Positions 57,363 to 64,000 of a stretch of 64,000 nucleotides of DNA are shown here, in pieces; position 1 is the stretch's first letter, and each line of letters opens with the position of its first letter. The notes under the pieces are model-generated. The model had not been told where the DNA came from. It searched no databases and was given only the letters and a program-made list of their open reading frames with translations. The position numbers and the translations under genes were made by a program. The DNA is taken from contig OZ038378.1 in NCBI GenBank assembly GCA_964036045.1, positions 82,894,001 through 82,958,000 on the forward strand, given 5' to 3'. This DNA comes from Eutreptiella sp. 'Long Island Sound 2002' (lineage: Eukaryota > Protista > Euglenida).

Positions 57363-59079
57363 TGCCCCATTGTTCACACCAAGTTTCACCAGATGTGGAT
57401 TGTGGGCTGTGGATTATCTAGCACGACACAATGCTCCGTCACACGTGGGTCAATGTGCGGAACCCTGCAGGGACCTTTTTCTTAGGACGTCCGTTGTGCG
57501 GACTGAGCTTTTGAAAACGGAAAAAACTTTGCAGCTAAGGAAAGGGACATCCCCCCATGTCCTTTGCGCTGTTGCCACCATCAGTCGATCGGTCATGGCT
57601 GACCAGATGCGCACCATGTCCTCCATGGGCCAACAACCATTTTGAAAACCCTTTTTTGTCAATGTCATGTGCAACCAACATACATCTGAGAAGGGCCTTT
57701 GTAGTTGAATTTGAATTTGATTTGCCATTGTGTGATGTTTTTTTCCTTACCCTCTTACTTACCCTTCGAGGATGATTGCAATTTGCTGCACTTTGCACCC
57801 CTCATGGTTTGTTGTTTTTTTGCAGGACATATGGAAAAGGATATGGCAAGGACCATATACAGAGAAACCACACCCCTTGTGCTATGCATGCTCTGTTTTG
57901 CTGTGTTTCCCATGTTTACATGCTTTGGTTTCCTTTGTATGGAAAATCATTCGGAAAATACCACAAAATAGGAAAAACACCCCCCTCCCCCTACCTTGTG
58001 CATGAGCGTATGGAAAAGCTTGCCCCGCCTCCTCGTATGTCATGTGTCATGTGGGCTATCATTTGTTTGATGCTCCTGTAGTTACAATGACCGTTTTTTT
58101 TGTCAATCTGAATAGAATGGATACAATTTGTGTGACTTTAGGTGACATGTAGGTGTCATGGACCCACCCTTTCCCCATTGTTGTCCTCTTTGCGACCCCT
58201 TCAGTGATGATGTAATTCAATTGCGCACCTTGTGGGGCTGCTCTGCCGATATTGGGTTTGGGCTGTGCCGCAAACCCCTGCAGGGACCTTTTTATTAGGC
58301 CCTGTTTCGCGTCGACAGAGAGGTTGAAAAAGGGTACCGTTTTGTGCACTGAGAACCGCCCCTTGCGGACTCTTGAGCACATGAATGCACCGCATAGCAG
58401 GCAGACGTACATGTATTTTGTGCGCTCAGAAGGCCCCGGCCACCGCAACAGCCCTTGTGCCATGCCATTAGCAGGGAGACAGGTTCAGTCTCCATGGCAG
58501 CCTGTCCGTCCCTTGGAGCGGCAGCCCCAAAATCCCATAGGCACCCTGAGGGGTCTACACCACTCCCCACAGGGTGTATCCGACCTTCATTTCCAAAAAC
58601 AAGACATCTTAGCAGGGGTTTAGCTATGTGTCGCATTTTCCTTGTACCTACGTCCCTTCTGCGCTTATCTCTCCTTTGCCGTGCATGTCTGTCTTCACAC
58701 AAAGGGAAACAAAATGCCCCCCCCCCCCCTGTTTGTACCTGAAGTTTGAACTTTTTGGCTATTGTTTCAATGCACAACACCCTTGAGGTGTTTAGGTTGT
58801 CTTTGGTCTAGGCCTTGGCGCCTATGACCATATGCCCCTTCAGTGATGAACACGCTGACTACAGCTGAGAAGGGGTTCTGACATGTTTGTTTTCGGAATT
58901 CAATTACAATTTGCTTGCTCCCACTTGTGTCTGTGTATTGCATAGGGGGCAAGTGTGCACAGTGCGTCTCTTACACATAGCGCACTCTGTTATTTCAAAC
59001 CTCCGACTTGAGTTGAGCAAGCGAGTCTGAGGACTAGACCGTCGCATCTCTGACCCAGATATTTGAGTTGGCCTTGCCC

Positions 59080-59425
59080 CAAGACCCACGCGTTCATCTC
59101 CCACCCATTGCGGGTCGTCAAGCCGCAGGAGTTCGCCCTCGGTCCGCGGCCACAGCGCCCCGACCAAGGTCGTTGTTCGTCTCCCAACCCACCTACTGCG
59201 GGACGCCGAGCCGCAGAAGTTGGGCCTTGGTTCCCGGCCACATCGTTCCGACCAAGGTCGCCGTTTGTCTCTCAAGCCACCTACTGCAGGGTGCCGAGCC
59301 GCAGGAGTTGGCTCTTGCTCCCCGGCCATAGCCCTCCAACCAAGGTCATCGTTCACATCCCACCCCACCCAATGCTGGCCAGCGAGCCGCACGATTTTGT
59401 CCTTGGTCCCCGGCCGCCGTTCCTC
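59080..59425 (+). repeat. 88-bp tandem repeat, about 4 copies
   Basis: agccgca at 59121, 59209, 59297, 59385. Confidence 0.92.
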
Positions 59426-59437
59426 GACCTAGACAAC

Positions 59438-59765
59438 ATGCCGAATGGCAAAGGCAAAGGCCCTTCGCAAGGCAAAGGCCAAGGCCCTCCGCAAGGCAAA
59501 GGCCAAGGCCCTCCGCAGGGCAAAGCCCAAGCACCACCGCAAGGCAAAGGTAGACGCCCTCCGCAAGGGAAAGATCAAGGCCCGCCACAAGGCAAGGGCG
59601 GAGGCCCTCCACCAGGCAAAGGTCAAGGCCCTCCATAAGGCAAAGGCGGAGACCCTCCACAAGGCAAAGGCGGAGGCCCTCCGCAAGGCAAAGGTCAAGG
59701 CCCTCCACAAGGCAAAGGCATATGCCCTCCACAAGGCAAAGGTCAAGGCTCTCCGCAAGCCAAAG
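59438..59765 (+). repeat. 24-bp coding-type repeat (~13 copies) encoding GPPQGKGQ, with one CAA>TAA stop
   Basis: ORF 59063..59638 and its in-frame continuation; CCG/CCA and GGC/GGT variation is synonymous in this frame. Confidence 0.85.
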
Positions 59766-60442
59766 ACAAGGCCCGGACCTTTGGTGAAACACTCGCCCAC
59801 GTGGACTATGACATCGACACGAACCCAACAGAGGGATTCACCAACTGTTGCGCCAATCGCGACGCGTATGTCCAGAAGGCGTCCCTTGTGCACCCCTGTA
59901 CGCAGCATTGAAGTTCTGGTGGAGGATGTCGGTAGCAGGGACTGCAGCAGTCACAGCCATAGCTGTAGTCTGGACTGCAAGTTGCTTCCTTTTCCTTATG
60001 CAGTCTATTTTTCATTTTTACATGAGCAGACACGCCTAGTCGGAGGCACCCCGCGACTACGGGTGCCTTTCTCATGCCGTGGGAGCGTCGACAGCTCGCC
60101 AACGTGGAGAAGTGGTCAGGGACGACGATGACCAGACCGGCCGACTGGGATATGAGGACGCGGGAGAAGCCGGGCCGCGCCGCGGTGGGCCTCGTGACGA
60201 CGACGGTGGAGTGATCGTGGGTGACATCGATGGCAACAAGCCTCAAGCCCAGCCCGGTGGGGGCAATTGGGGGCGCGAGCGGGGATGCGAAGGCGGAAAG
60301 AACCAGGGGGAGCAGGGTGCAGATGTGCCCTGTAACCCCCCCCGCAACGACAGAAGACGATGATGGCCGCGAAGCAGGCCGGCCTGGAGATGGACCCTGC
60401 TGTGATGCCGGTGAGGGACTCGCTGGATCAGACGACAGCCCC

Positions 60443-61462
60443 GGGTCTAGACCCCCATAGGAATTGACGCATAGGGTTGCGTCAATTATATTGTGGGCCT
60501 AGACCCCCTTCGAATTGACGCATAGGATTGCGTCAATTTTTTTGTGGGTCTAGACCCCCATAGGACTTGACGCACAGGGTTGCGTCAATTTTTTTGGGGG
60601 TCTAGACCCCCATAGGAATTGATACATAGGGTTGCGTCAATTTTTTGGGGGTCTAGACCACTCTAGGAATTGACACATAGGCTGGCGTCAATTATTTTTG
60701 GGGTCTAGACCCCCTAGGAATTGACGCATAGGGTTGCGTCAATTATATTGGGGGTCTAGACCCCCTATGAATTGACGCATAGGGTTGTGTCATTATATTA
60801 ATGCTCTAGACCACCCTAGGAATTGTCGCATAGGGTTGCGTTAATTCTAATGGGGGTCTAGCCCCCTTAGGAATTGACGCCCGGGGGTGCGTCAATTTTT
60901 TTGGGCTCTAGACCCCCCTAGGAATTGACGCATAGGGTTTTGTCTTTATCTTGGTGGTCTAAACCCCCATAAGAATTGACGCATAGGGTTGCGTCAATTA
61001 TTTTGGGGGTCTAGACCCCGATACGAATTGACGCCACACGTTTCGTCAATTATTTTGGGGGTCTAGACCCCCCTAGGAATTGACGCATAGGGTCGCGTCA
61101 ATTATTTTGGGGGTCTAGACCTCCCTAGGAATTGACGCATAGGGTTGCGTCAATGCTTTTGGGATTGTAGACCACCCTAGGAATTGTCGCATAGGGCCGC
61201 GTTCATTATTTTGGGGGTCTAGACCCCCATAGGAATTGACGCATAGGGTTGCGTCAATGATTTTGGGCGTCTAGACCCCCATAGGAATTGACGCATGGGG
61301 TCGCGTCTATTTTTGAGGGGGTCTAGACCCCCATAGGAATTGACGCATAGGGTTGCGTCAATTATTTTGGGTGTCTAGACCCCCATAGGAATTGACGCAT
61401 AGGGTTGCGTAAATTCTTTTGGGGGTTTAGACCCCCTAGGAATTGACGCATAGGCTCGCGTC
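60443..61462 (+). repeat. ~52-bp satellite array 2 (about 20 copies)
   Basis: Same consensus and orientation as array 1. Confidence 0.99.
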
Positions 61463-64000
61463 GCACCGAGCTCCCGTGCCTGAGGCCGCAGCAACCACAA
61501 GGGTGGGGATGCGCACCCAAGGTGCTCCCTGTCCCCACTAGTGGACCTGACCCAACAGCCAAGGGAGCCATGTGGACCGCCAGTAACGGGATGCAACTGA
61601 TCCAGTGTACTTCTGTTGTTTGTTTTTGGCGCCGTAATTGCATAATCCATAACTTGGCCGAAGTCGGCATAATGTGTCCTTGGAGTACTATGCTGTGGGG
61701 TCGGGGTTGTAGTGTGTCCATGGGTAGATTGTTGCCCATGTTTGCCAGGGTATCCGATTCATTGTTACCTTGTATGTCCGTGTAGTCCTCGTATCTGGCT
61801 GCGGTGTGCAGGTCGAGGTGCCCAGGTATCCATCGTACCGTCAAGTTTTTTGTGGTTACGTTGCGGCAGCCCGAGTCGCGGTAGTCTTGGTCCGTTACTA
61901 CGGGCCTGCGGGGGACCGGGTGGCCTTCACCACCCCCGTAGTTGTCGAGCATGATCTCGTCCCTTGGCTGTGCTACGACGGAGGCCACGGCGCACGCCAT
62001 GGTTTCTGGCCTGTACACCTGCTGGGGGCCCTGCACGCGGAAGGCGGCACGAAAGTCTGCGTTGCCGATACCTCCCCCTGCTCTACCGTGCTATTTTGAG
62101 CTGTCGGTGTACCACCGGCGTGTCGTGGGTTGCCCTGATTAGTATATTGTTACCCCTAGTACATTCCGCGTGTCCGAGATGGTCTGCGTGACCTCTCTTG
62201 TTTCCTCGGGTGTTGGTTCGTCTGGTTGAGTCAAACTGTAGTAGAACAGACGATAGTTTGCGACCTGTAGTCTACCGGCCTACAGCTCGGGGTCCTCCAC
62301 CGAGCTCTGGGAGTCAAATAGACCATCCGCTAGTGGACGGTGCCTCCTGGGGCGCCACATGCGCTGTCCTGCTGTACCTCCTAATGCACGCACGGCGTCC
62401 AAATACCTATACTGGGAGGTGGACAGTTGTCGGTCAGTTGATTCTGTTTGTCGGACTTCGTTTTGGCCAAGTGTTACCCATCGCGTTATAAAGGTCCACC
62501 ATGCTTGGCGGAGGCCCATTCCAACGTCCCTTCGGTCGGTAGTTATACGGTGTCGGTTCATTTGCGGTTCTACTCCCGGGGTCTCCCGGAGGAACTGTAG
62601 TAGTATGTCGTCCCACGGCGCCATTTGTTGTTTGTTGCCGAGGAACAGGCCGCCGTACGTCCAGCGGGGTATGAGGACGCATGTTATAATGGCAACTTTC
62701 TCGAAGCCATTTAGAGGTAGGGTTTTATAGGCGGCCTCGTTGTGCCTCAGCTGGTTGGTTACCATGTCCCACGCTTGATCATTGTGTGACGGGTGGGCCT
62801 GAATATGACCCAAGTAGGTTACTATGGGTGGTTGTATCGTCAACTATTGTCCTTGCCACATTAAAGTTCCAGAGTTGTCGCTATGCGCCCAGTGGTAGGT
62901 TTAGGTTTTGTCCGCGTTGAAGCGGAGGCCCATGCGGTAGGCCACATGGTGCAGATGATTGAGCGTATCGAGGAACGCCGCCAGGCTAGTAGCGCGCACG
63001 GTAATGTCATCAAAGAACACGTACATTTGTGTGTCTGTTTGTCAGGACATAGTTTCCCACAGCAACACATCGTAATACAGGAGGAATAGACGGCGAGAGG
63101 GGGCACCTCTCTTTCATGCCTCGCTTGGGGTGTATGGGTACGTCTCGGCCGCGTGAATGCAGCACCGCAGGGGTGTGGCTGTATATTTCCGTTAGTAACC
63201 GGGTTATTGGCTCTAGCGCCCGGCCTCTTGAATGATATCAATAATCCTCATTCGGGGGACCAAGGGGAACGCTTAGGCCACGCCGAAGAGGGCAAGATAG
63301 CCGTCAGTTTTCGTGTAGGTCGTTCATTAATTTTGTGGTCAGGTTCGTTGTACTTCTTCCGCTCAGGGCGCCATGCTGTATAGTGAGCAAGCCCGGAGTC
63401 ATGGCCCTCGTTATGCGTTTCACCAGTAGTCGGGTGAGGATGCCGTATATGGCCGTTGAGACGTAAATTAGACGGTAGCCTTTGGGGGTGGGGGTCCTTT
63501 TTTTTGTAGCTAAGGACCACTGTGGAAGCCAACCAGGTATGTCGTATTTTGCTTCCCGTCCATATGTCCAATAAAGCCTTGTACACTTGTCGTTCTATGT
63601 GGTTGGGTAAGTGGCGCAGCAGATGTGGGGGGGACACTGTCAGGTCCAGCGGACTTGTTTTTGGGTGCGCGGAGGCACCCCCAGACCTCATCCCATGTTA
63701 GTTCCCTATTGTCCCATATTCGCTTTCAGACGTGTTTCTTTATGAGCTCCTTGCAGTAAGCGGGGTCCTAGTTAGGGTCCCCGGCGAAATGGTTGAGCAC
63801 CCGTTGTGTGCCACCTATGGGTGGTTGTGGTGCATCCTAGGAGATCAATCCGTTACAGCACCGCTTGACAGTCTTATAAAAATACCACGACCGGTGTACT
63901 GCTGCACGACGCAGCTTCCCGGTCTGCCTGCGGATGTGTTGTTCCTGGGCGGCGCCGAGGTCCCATAATTTCTCGTCGGGTGAGGAGATTTCGGCCCATG
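61463..64000 (-). mobile_element. Decayed LINE C (same family as LINE B), 3'-truncated at the satellite, running off the window at its 5' side
   Basis: PPHLLRHLPNHI (63248..63691), MYVFFDDI (~63003-63026), LPLNGFEKVAII..LIPRW (62280..62843), GPQQVYR..MLDN..WIPGH..GNNESD (61362..62036), CGCCGLRHG at the junction. Confidence 0.9.

Larger units (their letters stand above)
57363..60442. other. 3,080-bp non-satellite segment inserted between the T-tract and G-tract of one satellite monomer
   Basis: Left ..tcaattattttg|tgcccc; right ..cagcccc|gggtctagacc; no TIR or TSD seen. Confidence 0.7.

Noticed and set aside
59445-60131. Histone H1-like AKAKALRK protein
   Set aside because: Repeat variation is non-synonymous in this frame and synonymous in the GPPQGKGQ frame.
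60320-60350. ADVPCNPPR as a 2A
   Set aside because: Lacks E and GP; chance match in GC-rich sequence.
49222-61462. 52-bp array as a CRISPR array
   Set aside because: Monomers are head-to-tail with no unique spacers, there are no cas-like ORFs, and the context is eukaryotic.
49222-61462. Array as telomeric repeat
   Set aside because: Only one TAGGGT per 52 bp; no (TTAGGG)n tract.

Overview
A eukaryotic, transposon-saturated 64-kb window with no intact housekeeping gene, rRNA, tRNA or CRISPR that I can support. The retroelement types (gag-YR-RT-RH order as in kinetoplastid VIPER/TATE; APE-RT-RNaseH LINEs with a 2A motif as in L1Tc/Ingi) and GT-AG introns suggest a euglenozoan host; this is inference only. 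Layout: (1) 0.2-13.3 kb, two decayed APE-RT-RNaseH-CCHC LINEs sharing an unnamed C-terminal domain; (2) 13.6-16.9 kb, a decayed intron-containing DDE transposase bracketed by CTAG clusters; (3) 18.9-20.8 kb, a decayed polyprotein (Zn ribbon, basic linker, RING finger) cut by three 2A-like motifs, which resumes at 46.64 kb; (4) inserted into it, a 25.8-kb DNA transposon (20802-46636; 32-bp TIRs, CACAG duplication) studded with two families of dispersed palindromes and carrying a DDE-like transposase. That element hosts a 3.6-kb TIR element (itself holding a 788-bp OTU-protease fragment) and a 6.8-kb tyrosine-recombinase retrotransposon whose Gag is preceded by a ubiquitin-like domain ending RGG; (5) 48.5-61.5 kb, a ~20-bp and a ~52-bp double-hairpin satellite split by a 3.1-kb insert; (6) 61.5-64 kb, a third LINE on the minus strand. 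All protein calls are by-eye motif recognition with no database search. Most ORFs are broken by stops and frameshifts.
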